Assembly: GCA_964188305.1 (NCBI GenBank)
Contig: OZ076887.1
Length of the DNA stretch: 64,000 nt
DNA from: Podarcis bocagei
Taxonomy: Eukaryota
Strand: one strand, 5' to 3'
In this document: positions 40,011-52,545 of the stretch, piece by piece
Numbering within the stretch: the stretch's first letter is position 1
How the letters are laid out: each line of letters opens with the position of its first letter
The notes under the pieces: model-generated
What the model was told of the DNA's origin: nothing
Databases searched by the model: none
The model's input: only the letters and a program-made list of their open reading frames with translations
Translations under genes and position numbers: made by a program

Positions 40011-41767
40011 ATGAAGGATCTGGGGGAAGGCAGAGGGCTGGGACCTTGATTCTTGGAGCAAGGGGTCTCTAGTTTCATTCATTTTAAATCCAGTTTCTGT
40101 AACTGGAGGGGGGACGGGACTTGGATCCAGACAAGTTAATTGGACTTCATGTCCATTGAAATCAATGGGACAGGTTAGTCATGACTTAAATTCCATTGAT
40201 TTCAGGGGAGACGCAAGTTCAACTAACTTTGTCTGGAGCCTACCTTTTTTGCAGTGTATTCTGCAACTCTCTGATTGCACCACACTGAATGCAAAATAAG
40301 CACCTGGAGAATCTCAGCTTTCTTGTTAATACTTAAGGCTGCCGTTTTATGCACACTTCATTTGATGTAAGCCCCTTTGGAGACAGTGATAACTTACTTC
40401 TGAGCAAACATGCATGGTATTTGACTGCATGTCTGTGAAGAAGATAGGTTTCAGAATGAGCAAGAAAATGCCTTTTGAATTTCCAGAACTGGATTTCCCC
40501 TTCACAGAGCCCTTCCCTTCCCTGTGACTGGAAGTAACAGAATATTTTTTGCAAAATAAGAATTCCACCCCCTACTTGCTTCTCTTCCATAACATACACA
40601 ATTTCCAGTATTCTAACTTTCTTGCTTCTGAAGTTTTATTCTTTTTTTAGAAAAAAAAAACAGCTTGCATGTACAGAGCTCTGTATCTGTATACTTTGCT
40701 TAAAATTCTCATGTCTTGATCAAGTTTCCAAATTTGGCAATTCTGCAGAATCTCTCCCACTCTTTTTTTGGTGGAGAGGCTAGGAATTGCAAGGAGTGGG
40801 GGGGAAATAAAAGCCTGGTGAAATTAGGGGAGCAGGAATTGAAGCTTATGAATCAAGCACTGAGTGAATGTGTGCTGCTCTTGTATATGCTAGGAAACCT
40901 GCCATGATTCTTTGTTTTTTTAAAAGTGTGTAACTCTGGCCACATGCCTCCAAGGTGCCCCCCCCATTCTCCAGCTGTGTGGGCTAGAAGCATATTCTTT
41001 GGTAAAATGAAAACTGAGATTTTATTGGAATTTGCAGGAGGTGCATAGTTTGTTTTACAGTCATATTTTACTATCAATGAGGTGCAAGCAGATTGCTGGA
41101 TCCCTACCTATAGTGTCAGAAGTGTCACTATGTATTGCCATTATCCTTTGTAGGATAAAGTGTTAGTAATTTCTGTGCTGGGGGAGAGAAGGTTTGCTTA
41201 GGAGACCACATTACTCAATGGGAGCTGGGCTGTGTACGCTTCCAGTTGTTTCGGTTGCCATCCATCCCTTGGATAAAGAGGTCCTACACTAGCGGTTGTT
41301 GTTGTTTTTTTAACTGAGTACCCAAGTGACGGATGTGCTACAGGTATGCTAAGGATATCTCTCAACAGGCTTCACACAACTAGGGAGCATCTTCAAAGCC
41401 CAATGTCACAATATTCCCTGTTGGCATGTCCAAACCCTGACTACTTAAGGGACAGTGTTCACCCTCTGCATGATGTGCTTGCCAAATAGCTATGAAGAGC
41501 AGCTGCACCAGTGAAGGCTCCAAGTGCAGATTGCTTTCATAACTAGTAAATGTGTCTTAAGTCCTCCAAGCAAACAGATGCAGAATGACTGATTCCATGT
41601 GCTGTTTGAGCCCCATCTTCCTCCCTTGCTTAAGGGCAAAAAGGGAGCTATGAATTGATCGGCGTTGAGTGGGGTTGGGTTTCTTTCTTTGAAGGGAATT
41701 GGGCAGGGAGGAAGTCCAGCTGCCGCTGACAAATTGGACTCACCCCCTATATATCCCTGTACTCCAG

Positions 41768-41875
41768 ATTAAAAAAGCCGAAATGGATCGCAAGACTCTT
41801 GACTGGGAGATTGTGGAGCTCACTAATAAACTATTGGATGCCAAAACAACCATCAATAAACTGGAAGAGCTTAAT
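41768..41875 (+). CDS. TJAP1: TJAP1 coding exon (IKKAEMDRKTLDWEIVELTNKLLDAK...)
   Basis: CAG acceptor, GTAAGT donor, 108 nt. Confidence 0.93.
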
Positions 41876-42005
41876 GTAAGTACTCCTTTCCCCCAGATTA
41901 TGAATTCACTGCAAGGAAAGAAATGAACTAAGAGGTTTCATTTTCCCTGAACAAAGGACCTGTATAATCACAGTTGGTGTTGGAACTTTTGCCGACTATG
42001 TAGGT

Positions 42006-42209
42006 CAGAGCTTTCCAAACTTTTCATGTTGGTGACGCACTTCTTAGACATGCATCATTTTGTGACACGGTAATTCAGTTTTATTAGCAAATCAGGGGTT
42101 AAACTAACCCCTTTCCAGGCCCAGGAGGAGCGTGGGGAGTGTTTGTGTGACACACCTGCACACTGCAGCCACCACTAACATGTCGCAACACACAGTTTGG
42201 AAAGCTCTG
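42006..42209. mobile_element. hAT-type MITE
   Basis: TIRs CAGAGCTTTCCAAAC / GTTTGGAAAGCTCTG, perfect 8-bp TSD ATGTAGGT. Confidence 0.85.
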
Positions 42210-42801
42210 ATGTAGGTTATCTTTTGCTGGATGGGAAGAACTGTTTCCTTAGCACACCTACTGTCTAGGAATGTTATCTTTAACAATAAATGGGCATCTC
42301 CTTCTCCGTCATGCATTTTGGTGCAATGGTAGTGAGATTATCCCACATTTTTTGGGCATCTCAATACTGAAAATCCTGTGTTTTATTTTAAGACATTCAA
42401 GGGATGAACAGCAAAGAGAATTAAATTAGATTAAATTCTTCATTAGAATTAAATGCTCAGGGTGCTTGACTTAAGAAAGCAAGATCTGTGTGTTCCTACT
42501 CTTACTGACCAGTTCATGAGCCATTTTAATCCAGAACATTTGGATTGGAATAATACTATATTTCGTTGACGCAGATGATCTTAAATCTTGTTTAAACTTA
42601 AATACTCTGGTTGTGGGTGGAGGTGAAATATAGCATAAAAGTTGGGGGGGGGGGTTGTTGAAATTCAGTAAGTCTGTAAAACTTAACAGACATACAGGAT
42701 AGATTTGGGAGGGTGCTCTGCTTCAAATCTTACAGCATTTTCTTCTGTCCAGATGAATGTGAGTTAGAAGCTAGCTCATTTTACAGGGCTGGCAGGGAGG
42801 A

Positions 42802-42864
42802 TTATTATTGCTATTATTATTATTATTATTGCTATTGCTATTACTATTATTATTGCTATTATTG

Positions 42865-42932
<68 letters not shown>
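42802..42932. repeat. (TAT)n microsatellite
   Basis: Direct reading. Confidence 0.95.
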
Positions 42933-42933
<1 letters not shown>

Positions 42934-43142
42934 TTATGTGATGTAATCAGAACCATTCCTACTGCTAGCCTGAGTCAGCTGACTTTCTTTAAAGTGGCGG
43001 ATTCTGAGGTACCATTAAAGCTCTCAGGTATCACCATGAAGCAACTTTTGGGGGGGTCTTTTTCATTTTTTGCCTCAGGCCCCAAAATGTCTTGGGGCAT
43101 CTCTGGATGCGATTTGCCAATCCCTGCATGTTGTCTTGACAG

Positions 43143-43226
43143 GAGCGATATCGGCAGGACTGTAACCTGGCAGTGCAGCTCCTGAAGTGCAACAAGTCTC
43201 ACTTTCGGAATCACAAGTTTGCTGAT
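43143..43226 (+). CDS. TJAP1: TJAP1 coding exon (ERYRQDCNLAVQLLKCNKSHFRNHKFAD)
   Basis: CAG acceptor, GTGAGT donor, 84 nt. Confidence 0.93.
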
Positions 43227-45433
43227 GTGAGTAGAAATCTTGAGCTGGGTGGTTGGTTGGGGGAACGTTGTCCCAGGCTTCTCTCTCATCCAATACATAG
43301 AAGGTGTAGGAGGAGAAAGGGGGGGTATGGGGAAGTCCCAGAAAAGAGGTTTATGAAAATATGTTATGAAATTATACGTGTATGTTTGTCTTTTTAAGTG
43401 TTTGTTTGTTTTCTAAAAAAATTTGTAAAACTAATAAAAATTTTATAAAAAAAAAAAAGAAGGTGTAGGAGGAACTGCTTTTCCTCATTCTGCAAGGACT
43501 CCCATGGGGGACAACAAAAGACAATGAATGCCTTGTCATCTTCTCAGTTGCGTTTCTGTAGGTGGGAAGGAGGGAGGTTGTTGTCATTGCTACACCAGCC
43601 TTGAGCTTGATAGCCTGTTAGCGCCCTGAATGGAGCCTAGAGAATTGCAGGTCTCCTGCTGAATCGTCTCTTTCTTCCCCGTTGCGGCAAAGGAGTTAGT
43701 GAATGAATGAAGAAGCCTGTTAACTCCAGGGGCTCTTGACTCATCATGATGGAGGAAGTTTTGTGTAGTGTCAGGAGAGAAAATAAAAGAGACTAGGTGG
43801 GCTGGGATGGCTGGCAACCCTTGGGTGGTTTCTAGCCTTCAGGAAGATAGAAGGTCTCTTAAGGCTGTTGTGATGTGGTGCCCAGTCCCATCTTCAGGGC
43901 CACTTGGCATGTCAGTTTATCATCTCACAGCTATCCCAGAGTTCAGCACATCTTACAATGGGCATATACTTGTATAGATTGCAGCTTATTTTATACCCAT
44001 GTGTGCTTTGCATGCATTATATGCTCAAAAGAGGCTCCTGGACACCAGTAGCAGTCAGGCAAAGAAGGCGGGAGGAGGTTTACATTGCACAAGGAGTAAC
44101 CTTGTGCTGACAGCGCATTCATTTTAGTGCTATTGAATACAACCTCCTCTACCTTAACTGGATTTATGTCCTACCAAGTCTGTGCCTCTTCTCGTTGCAA
44201 AGCCTCAATATAGGTAGGCAACATGTTAAATGCCAGAAACGGTAAAGCAAGAAACAAAATTCATACAGTCGTCTCCTTGCTGTATTGACTGTGGAAAACA
44301 CTGAGGCTTGGACTTCAGCAAAAAAGAGAAAAACGAATGTTCTTGCCTTTCAAGCAAAGCGCTCTGATGGTCCTATAAAGGATTGCACCTGCTTGGTCCA
44401 TATTACTGGTTGTGATGGGACACAGAAAAAGAGGTGCTTGCTGAGGACTATGGGGTTGCTCAAGCCTCTTGAGGACTGGAATTCATTTGTTCATTCATTG
44501 CCAAAGCCAGTTAGGCAATTTAGGGCAAAATCTCCCACTGAATTTCTTATGCATTTCGTGCCATACAAATGAGTACTTGGTGTGTCCCTCACCTGACAAT
44601 CCATGCATTCATGAAGCAAGGCTGAGGTCTTTGCCTGAACTTAGCATGGAAATGTAGAAGGCTGTGTAGCTAAACCCCTCCTTCTAATCTAGTTCCTTGC
44701 TGTCAATCCATGGGGCAGAGGTATATCTAAGGTCCTGTGGAGTATACGCCTAAGCCCAGGGCACAGTCCTGCAGCCGCTCAACCCTGGGAAGAGTGGGAT
44801 GCTGCTTCTCTACATTAACAACATGGTTCTGATGCAGGTGGACCACCTCCATGTTCCTTGATGCAATGGGCTTGAGGTGGTTTCAGGAGCAGTGGGAGTG
44901 TCAGGCTGCTTCTGCCTCCGGAGCCGGCAAGTGCCAGGATGGCAATTGATTCTTAGTCTAGGGCAGGCTGCCAAGGCAGTGCCCTATAATTACTACAAGC
45001 TTCCTGGGAGCCTCAGATTCTAGTAGTGGGGGCTGGTCACTCGATTCAGCGCAGCCACCAGCTAATTTTTTCCACTAATCAATAGCATTATGCTGGCCTA
45101 ACATGCACCAGCAAGGCTCTCTTGTTTAATGTTCAAGTTTGAGCATATGCTTCTCCCTGTTTCTTCTGAAGGGGCCTTGTTTGTCAGGCCCAGAGCCAAG
45201 GCAGGAGGGCAGAACCACATTTTTTCCTCAGTTACTGGGACACAAATGGATCTTTTGAATTTATAGGTGGCTGGTGGTTTGAAAGATGCTTTTAATGACA
45301 TTGTGTGTCAGGACAAGAAGTTAGAGCTGGGCAAACAGCACCTTCCACATAACTGCATCATCCATCTGTCCTACCCTATTAGCTCAGTGGTTCTCTTAGT
45401 TCCAAGATAACACCCTTTTTCCTGTCTCCGTAG

Positions 45434-46753
45434 CTTCCCTACGAGCTGCAAGACATGGTCAACAAGCACCTGCATAGCACTCAGGAGACCTCCGGCCCCG
45501 GCCAGGAGGCCCCTCACACCTTGGCTCCATCGGACGTGGTGCCCACCTCCGTGATCGCCAGAGTCCTGGAGAAGCCAGAGTCCCTGGTGCTCAACTCGGC
45601 CAAATCCAGCAGCGGCAGTTGCTCCATCGCCGAGGACGTCTTTGTGCACGTTGACATGAGCGGCGCTCCGCCCGACGCTTGCCCAAGCCCAGGCCAGCCC
45701 GGGAGCGAGGGGGCGGAGGGAGCGCGGCAGCAGAACGGGGGCTGCAAACCTCCAAGCGGCTTGGAGGGCCTCCCTGGCGAGGTGCCCACATTTGAGAAGC
45801 TCAGCCCCTACCCCACTCCGCCCCCGCCCCACCCCATGTACCCGGGGCGCAAGGTGATCGAGTTCTCGGAAGACAAGGTGCGGATCCCGAAGAACAGCCC
45901 CCTGCCCAACTGCACCTATGCCACGCGCCAAGCCATCTCCTTGAGCCTGGTCCAGGGGGAGGATGAGAACGGCGACAGGCAGCGCACCCTGCCCAGCAGC
46001 CCCACCTCGGAGGGCCAGCGCTCGGCTTCCAGCTGCTCTTACCAGCCGTCCCCGAAGGTGAGCCGAGCTCACGGCTCCTCGCAGAGCAGCCCCTTCAGCA
46101 GCCCCCCGCAGGTGCCCAGCACCTTTGCCAGCTCGGCCAGCTCCGAGGAGGACCTGCTGGCCAACTGGCAGCGGATGTTTGTGGAGAAGGCTCCCCCGAC
46201 CACGGAGCGGGTGCTGGTGAACCGCACCTCCTTCAGCCGCGACACGGCCCAGGAGCTCCAGAAACGTTTCAGCCGCTCCATGCAGGAGCTCGGCCGGGCC
46301 GCCTCCACCTACTCGGATGGTGAGGAGTCGGTGCAGAGCTGCAGCTGGACAGTGAGCAGGGACTCCAGCACCGACACCGACAGCACCGAGTCCCGCGCTC
46401 GCCGGGGCCACCTCTCCTCCGACTACGGCACGGACTTCTCCCAGGACGAAGCCCACAAGCTCCTGCAAGGGGGTGGCGGAGAGGGGGCGGCAGAGCCCAC
46501 CAGCTCTTCCCCAGAGAAGCACAAAGACTACGTAGACCTCGACTCGTCCGGGAGCCCGGCCGAAGAGCAGGAAACGCTGCTGCAGGGAAGCCAGGAAAAC
46601 AGCCAAGAGGGCAGCTCCGAGCAGAGCAGGGAGTGCAAGAGCAAGCCTCCTCCGGGCCGCCCCCACCGCAGCCCCAAGAGGATGGGGGTTCACCACCTCC
46701 ATCGGAAAGACAGCCTGACGCAGGCCCAGGAGCAAGGCAACTTGCTCAACTGA
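45434..46753 (+). CDS. TJAP1: TJAP1 final coding exon (Pilt domain; ...HRKDSLTQAQEQGNLLN*)
   Basis: TAG acceptor; VPTSVIARVLEKP, PGRKVIEFSEDKVRIPKNSPLPNCTYATRQAISLSLV and DLLANWQRMFV motifs; short isoform about 641 aa. Confidence 0.95.
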   Translation, partial: LPYELQDMVNKHLHSTQETSGPGQEAPHTLAPSDVVPTSVIARVLEKPESLVLNSAKSSSGSCSIAEDVFVHVDMSGAPPDACPSPGQPGSEGAEGARQQNGGCKPPSGLEGLPGEVPTFEKLSPYPTPPPPHPMYPGRKVIEFSEDKVRIPKNSPLPNCTYATRQAISLSLVQGEDENGDRQRTLPSSPTSEGQRSASSCSYQPSPKVSRAHGSSQSSPFSSPPQVPSTFASSASSEEDLLANWQRMFVEKAPPTTERVLVNRTSFSRDTAQELQKRFSRSMQELGRAASTYSDGEESVQSCSWTVSRDSSTDTDSTESRARRGHLSSDYGTDFSQDEAHKLLQGGGGEGAAEPTSSSPEKHKDYVDLDSSGSPAEEQETLLQGSQENSQEGSSEQSRECKSKPPPGRPHRSPKRMGVHHLHRKDSLTQAQEQGNLLN

Positions 46754-49029
46754 GGGTAGGAAGGAAGCTGGCCAGGTGCAGCGTTGCACCCAGCTCCCAA
46801 GGGCTGTTACTCTACTCCTTAGGTTGAAAGGAGGACCGTCATGGGACTCCTTCCCAGGAATTCCAGGCCATTTTTATATATTTATTGTCTTTTTTAATGC
46901 ACACTAAGAATGGAGGCAGCTCTCCTGCTACAGCACCAGGGCAAAACACTCGGGTTCCCACCAGCACAGGTGCTTTGTGTCCACAGCTCAGTTTGCACTC
47001 ATGCCCTTCCTTCCACAGCTCAGTTCTGCCTTCACACTCCAATTCCTTCCTGCTAACATCCCATCCCATTGTTGGTTCTGAGTTACGCCCCTTCGGCATC
47101 TCAAGCCTCTATTCCTACGTGCCAAGAAGTGGGAACACGCTGTCCCTATTTTCCTTGTGTGAATCTTCCCCCAGGTGAAGGCTGCGGGTGAGGTGCGACG
47201 GCTTCTGTTAGGTGGCCGTCCCCAGATGTGTGAGCTTCGCTGCTTTCTTTTCCTGCATTCTGCTACGTGGATGTGCGCTGGCATGAATAGGTGGAACGAT
47301 GCTCAAAGGCCACCTCCAGAGTTCCCTTGCTTTCTGAACCCAGCATGGTTACTCGTTGGGAGGAGCGCCACTCGGGAGCCTGCCAGAATGGGCTTTGGAG
47401 CTTCCCTGCTCCAGCTAGCCAGCAAAATGGAGGCTGGTCCATTTGCCATAATGGGTTCAGCTGTGTGTGACTGTCATGTTGGCTCTTTCTTGGGTGGTCT
47501 CTGTCTCATTTGAATGACGTGAAGCTATGTGTTCTTTTACTTGCTTTCTTATAGGTCTTTGTCTTTTGAAATGTGCTTACCTCTTCCTTTTGTGAACGAG
47601 CAAAGAATGTGCAGGGGTGGGGTGGGGGGATTGGTCAGAGAGCATCTGCTCTGCAAGAAGAGGCTCATCTCATTGTCGCTGTTGCCCTATGGCCACCACC
47701 CGCTGGGGAGTTGCTAAAGCCTAAGCAATGCGGCCATCTTGCTTCTGTAGGACCATCCTGTTTGCCCCTTGGAGAGATGGTGGAGTGAGGATGAGCATCC
47801 TATTGGGGCTGTGATCCAAATCGATACTAGTGCCTTCCCAAGGCCTTAGGCAAGGTCTGATATTCCCCCTCCTCTACTTGCTTTGTTTTTTTGTATGTAT
47901 TCAGTGTTGTATTTTTTCCCCCTCCCTTTGCAGTATGTTTCTGTGTTTTGCGTATATCTGTGCACGCACCTGGGGAGGAAAAGGTTGCCAGTGTTAGGAA
48001 TTTTTCACTGAATGATCACGTTCCATAGACGCTGTTTCCTAGCCTGCCCTTGGTGCAGCCAGTGCAATCTTCAAGAAAACAGTGAGAAGACTAGGCTGCT
48101 GAGCTTGGTTGCACTGCCAGCTGCTTATGTCCGGATGGAGTCTGTGTGATCTTCTGCTGGAGAGTACCCTAAAGCCTTTCTTCTCAGCACAGGGAGTCTT
48201 CTCCCTTGCAAACACCAGCAAAGCAGCAGCAAGCTGCTCAGAAAACCCACTCATAGCCCTGCAGGACCAAGAACTTTCCCCAAAACCTTCCAGTATCCAT
48301 TGGATGGCTGCCATGGCCTATCTTGTGTTGATCTGCTTGCCTTTTGTGCTGTCCCCTGCTGCCTCCCATTAGACCTAACCAGGGTCTGCTGTGTGTTAAT
48401 TGTGGAGCAGTCTGGCCATAGCTAACTTTTTGATGTGGCCTTCTTCATTGGCCACTTCTCTTGCTGATAAGCTGCTGGCGGTTACATCCCAGCATTGGGG
48501 TGTGACTCAGTATTTTCAGTTTAGCTATGCTAATAAATTGGTGCTAAATATGGACACCCTACATTTTGCCTATGCGGCACTTAACCCGTAATGATCTGAC
48601 TTCTACAGCTGGCAGCTGCTTGCTTTGCTCAGCCACTCTCCTCCTTCAACCCTTGATTCCTTGGAATTTCCTTTGCTCTTCAAAAGGTAGAATCCAAGCT
48701 GCCACATGTTCCTGCTCCAGCACTGCAGTGCTCTCTTTCTCGCTGCAAAGGCTGCTGGAGCTGGGAAGGCTCTGGGGCTTCCTGGTGACCTCTCGTTTGT
48801 GGTCAGTATTGGACAGACATGGTGCTGGGTGAAGCCTATCCCATAGAATCTGGGCCCTTCTCATGAGCTTGGCGAAAATGGAACTGATTTTAGCACATCC
48901 CACCGAGACAATTTTTTAGTCTGGAGCCGAGGCCTCTTTTCTGTGGCTGGGCTGCACAACTGCACATAAGGCAATCTGAAACTGTCACAATTGCAGCCAC
49001 CAAACGGACAATTCCAAGCAGTTACTACG

Positions 49030-49097
49030 ATGTTCCTGCTTGGCAGGGGGTTGGACTCGATGGCTCTTGTGGTCTCTTCCAACTCTATGATTCTATG
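49030..49097 (+). mobile_element. CR1 LINE 3' end, within the probable TJAP1 3' UTR
   Basis: TCTATGATTCTATG tail. Confidence 0.7.
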
Positions 49098-49485
49098 AGA
49101 CCAATCTCCATTTCCTTTAATTCTATTGTACTAAAGGTTGGGAGGAGGGGAAAGAAAGGAGATCATTCTCGAGTGCAACCGAACCATGCCATTTATTTCA
49201 CATGGGTCTGGGTGGCAGCGAAAACCTGCAGGAGAATTGAGGGTCAGGTCTGTGTTAGTCCTGCTGCTGCAGCCTTCCTCCCAGAGCTCCTTTTGTGCAG
49301 TCCTGCATCTCAGCCCTTTGCATCCTTCTCCTCTCTGGCAGTATTATGAATTCTCTCTCGGGGAGCTTGAGTTGCCTTCTTTGGCTGCCCCGTATTTTAC
49401 AGTGTCCCAACTCAAGACTGTTAATCTGCGACTAATGTGTTTTTTCTGAGATTTTCAAACTGATGATGTATATTTTAAAGCCAGA

Positions 49486-49491
49486 AATAAA
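49486..49491 (+). terminator. TJAP1: Candidate TJAP1 polyadenylation signal
   Basis: AATAAA preceded by a U-rich/TGTA region and followed by GT-rich sequence; an alternative AATAAA lies at 48532. Confidence 0.5.
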
Positions 49492-51315
49492 CTATTTTAA
49501 AAGTACGTCTGAAGCTGACTGTTGTGCTGGTAGGAGCTGAAAGGGGGGCACAGGAAGCCACAGAAACTGGAAGATTTTTAGGGTATTCAGTTTTTTGACC
49601 TGCGGCTCTGCATGGCTGCAAGCAAAAGGGTCTTCCCTTTCATTCTTTTAACTCAGGGTTGGTGAGCCTGTGGTCCGGACACTGTAGGATAAAAATTCCC
49701 ATCAGCCCTTACTATTGGCCATGTTTCCTGGGGCTAATGAGAATTGGAATTTCAGCAACATGCAGAGAAGGCCCCAGGTTCCCGATCCTTGCTTTAATTT
49801 GAGATGCATGGAATTGAATCTTGAACCCTTCTGCAGGCACAGTGTGTGCTGCGTCCATGATCTACGGCCCTCCTTGTAAAGGTACACCCAGACTTGACTG
49901 GTCTTCTCAGTGGGTCACGTAAAACTGGTTGTGCTAGCGGAAGCCAGCACATGGACTCCTGCTAGCTGTGAGTATCTTCCCATGCTTGCAATACTCTGCC
50001 CCACCCTCAAGTCTTTTTGTGCAGGTTTAGGGGGATCCACAAGGGCAGAAGAGGGTGAGCTTGCCTTCCCAAGGAAAAACAGCTATGTTGAATATAAGCC
50101 ATTGTCATGACTGTGTTTACACTGCCAATTTGCTTCTGGATCTTTTAGCAACTGTGCTACTAATGTAGGGTTTATATTTGGACCTCTGTAGGATAGAAAG
50201 CAACCTCTTGCTATATGACGAGGCACCTGCCTCTGTAAAATGGAAGTAGATTGTCCACTTTCACGACATAATATTCCCTCTCCCCCTGTTTATGTAGCTG
50301 TCCCATAAATCATGCGGTCTGTGGCAGCCACAATATCCTAATTAGAAGCTGCATGGCATTGCTGCCTCCTGGTGGTTCTCTTGGCTTTTGTGATTGACAC
50401 AGAGGAAATAATTTATTGGTTTTGTTTGTGTGGGGCTAGGAAAATAGTCCAAAGCAAAACAGAGTCCTGCTGTCCCTAGAATCCTGCATGGAAACAACAG
50501 AGGCACTGTGAACTCTTTGGAGGAGGAAGGGGTACCATTGTAACAAAACACATTTCCACAAACTGCCTTACATGGCTGAGGCCTTACGTCATGGATGGAG
50601 AACTTGTGGCCCTCCAGATGTTATTAGACTGCAGCTACCATTAGCCCCAGCCAGTATGGCCAGGGGTTGGAGATGGTGGGAGCTGTAGTGGTCAACAATT
50701 GCTGGAGGGCCACAGTTCCCAACAGGAGAACAGGAGGTATTTCTTGTTGCCCCATTTTGCAGCCCTTGTGCATATTATTCTACAACAGTTTCCCTGCAGT
50801 GAAGTGGCTGTTTACACAAAAGAAGCAACGTCAGTAGTTGTCCGCATATAGCACCTTGGGGTTTGCTTGAAGTTGGGTTTGTGTGCTTAGAAGTACACAT
50901 ATCTTCAAATGTAAAAATGGAGCAGATTCTGAACAACAGAGCAGAGTCAATGCTCACTGCCTTAGATCTTGCTTGTCACTGGACTGCAGAGCGGTATGAA
51001 CATCACAACCAGACCAATTTAGTCCTCTGAGAGGGTTGAATGAGAGGTGCTTGTGTGCATAGATTGATAGGGATGTGGCCACCTCCACTGCTGGCATGTG
51101 GCCCAAATTATTATCTTCAAGGTAATGCAACCTTCTGAAATTAGGGGTACTTCAAGAGCACCCAAAATGTGCACTCTGTCCCTATAGGATTTTATTCTCC
51201 TGGGTATTTCTGGTAGCACCTGTGACTGCCTTGAGTGTCTTAGTACAGTCAAGGGCATTCACTACAACTTATTTGGGGAAAATAATTATTTATTTATTTG
51301 GGGAAATTAATTTAT

Positions 51316-51637
51316 TAGGGTCAGCAACCTTTTTCAGCCGTGGGCTGGCCCACTGTCCCTCAGACCTTGGGGGGGGGACTATATATATATATATATATTG
51401 GGGGGATGAACGAATTCCTATGCCCCACAAATAACTGAGAGATGCATTTTTTAAAAAAGCACACATTCTACTCATGTAAAAACACCAGGCAGGCCCCACA
51501 AATAATCCAAAGGTGCATTTTAAATAAAAGGACACATTCTACTCATGTAAAAACACGCTGATTCCCGGACTGTCAGCGGGCCAGATTGAGGAGGAGATTG
51601 GGCTGCAATCCCACGGACTTTAGGTTACCTACCCCTG
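51316..51637. mobile_element. hAT (Charlie-like) non-autonomous element
   Basis: AGGGTCAGCAACC...GGTTACCTACCCCTG imperfect termini; internal tandem duplication (ACACATTCTACTCATGTAAAAACAC x2). Confidence 0.55.
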
Positions 51638-51827
51638 ATTTAGGCTATGTAAGGCCTGATTCACAGGAGCCTTCTGCTAACAGAAATCAGCTTTCTCTTT
51701 GTGGGGGTTGTAGACTTAATTATCAAGTGCTAAGTTGCTTTCTCAGCCCGTTAGAGGCAGCGCAACAAAAAATGCATTACTATAAGGTTGCATTGTCTTT
51801 GTCACAATGCAACCTTATAGTAATGCA

Positions 51828-51898
51828 CCGAAGACAGGAGTGCCTGGCGTGCTCTGGTCTGTGGGGTCACGAAGAGTCGGACACGACTAAACAACAAC
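51828..51898 (+). mobile_element. BovB/RTE LINE 3' terminal fragment
   Basis: GGGGTCACGAAGAGTCGGACACGACT followed by (CAA)n tail; 13-bp TSD ATAAGGTTGCATT (51782-51794 / 51899-51911). Confidence 0.75.
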
Positions 51899-52452
51899 AT
51901 AAGGTTGCATTATTTCCCTTAGTGAAGCTGCCTTGCTGATGTGTAGTTAGAAAGGAAAGAGCCTCATGGCCACAACTGGGCCATTTCTGTGAACTTTATA
52001 TAAAATTCTACTTAAGACATAGGTACAAGCAATAAAAAGTATCTGTTATACATAAATATACACATCTGAATAAATACAGCCTCCCGCAAAGATTAGTCAA
52101 GAATGGATGGTGCGACCTAAGAATACAGCAACTGGACAATCACAAGCAACTGACAAGTTGTGTGACACAGACATTGAGATTAACTTGGGTCACATCCCAG
52201 TGTGGAGCTAAAAGTGACTTCAGTAAGACACAGTGTGTGGATCTGCACTCAGGGCAGGCGCAGCAATTACACATAGACATTAGGCTTTCACACCCATCTG
52301 TTTGCCTAGTGCATACACTCACTTGCAAACACACAAGCACAGTACACATTCACACGGGATATATGTGTGAACGCACTTTTTTTTAAAATAAACACAGTCT
52401 TTCCACATACATGGAAGTGATGTTCTCATCAGAGGCAATGGGAGTTTCCTTT

Positions 52453-52523
52453 TCACATCTCTGTTTCTGCTAGAAGACTTTCTCCAAGGCCCGAAGTTAC
52501 CAAGACCATCTGGGAACTAGAAT
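52453..52523 (-). CDS. LRRC73: LRRC73 final coding exon ((N)SSSQMVLVTSGLGESLLAETEM*)
   Basis: TTTTCTCCATTTCACAG acceptor, phase 1 matches the upstream donor at 60449; matches the LRRC73 C-terminus. Confidence 0.88.
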
Positions 52524-52545
52524 CTGTGAAATGGAGAAAAGGTGG

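Noticed and set aside
42713-43185. Poly-Leu/Ile/Tyr ORFs
   Set aside because: Translations of the (TAT)n microsatellite
45371-46789. 472-aa antisense ORF
   Set aside because: Shadow of the GC3-rich TJAP1 last exon; no recognisable motifs
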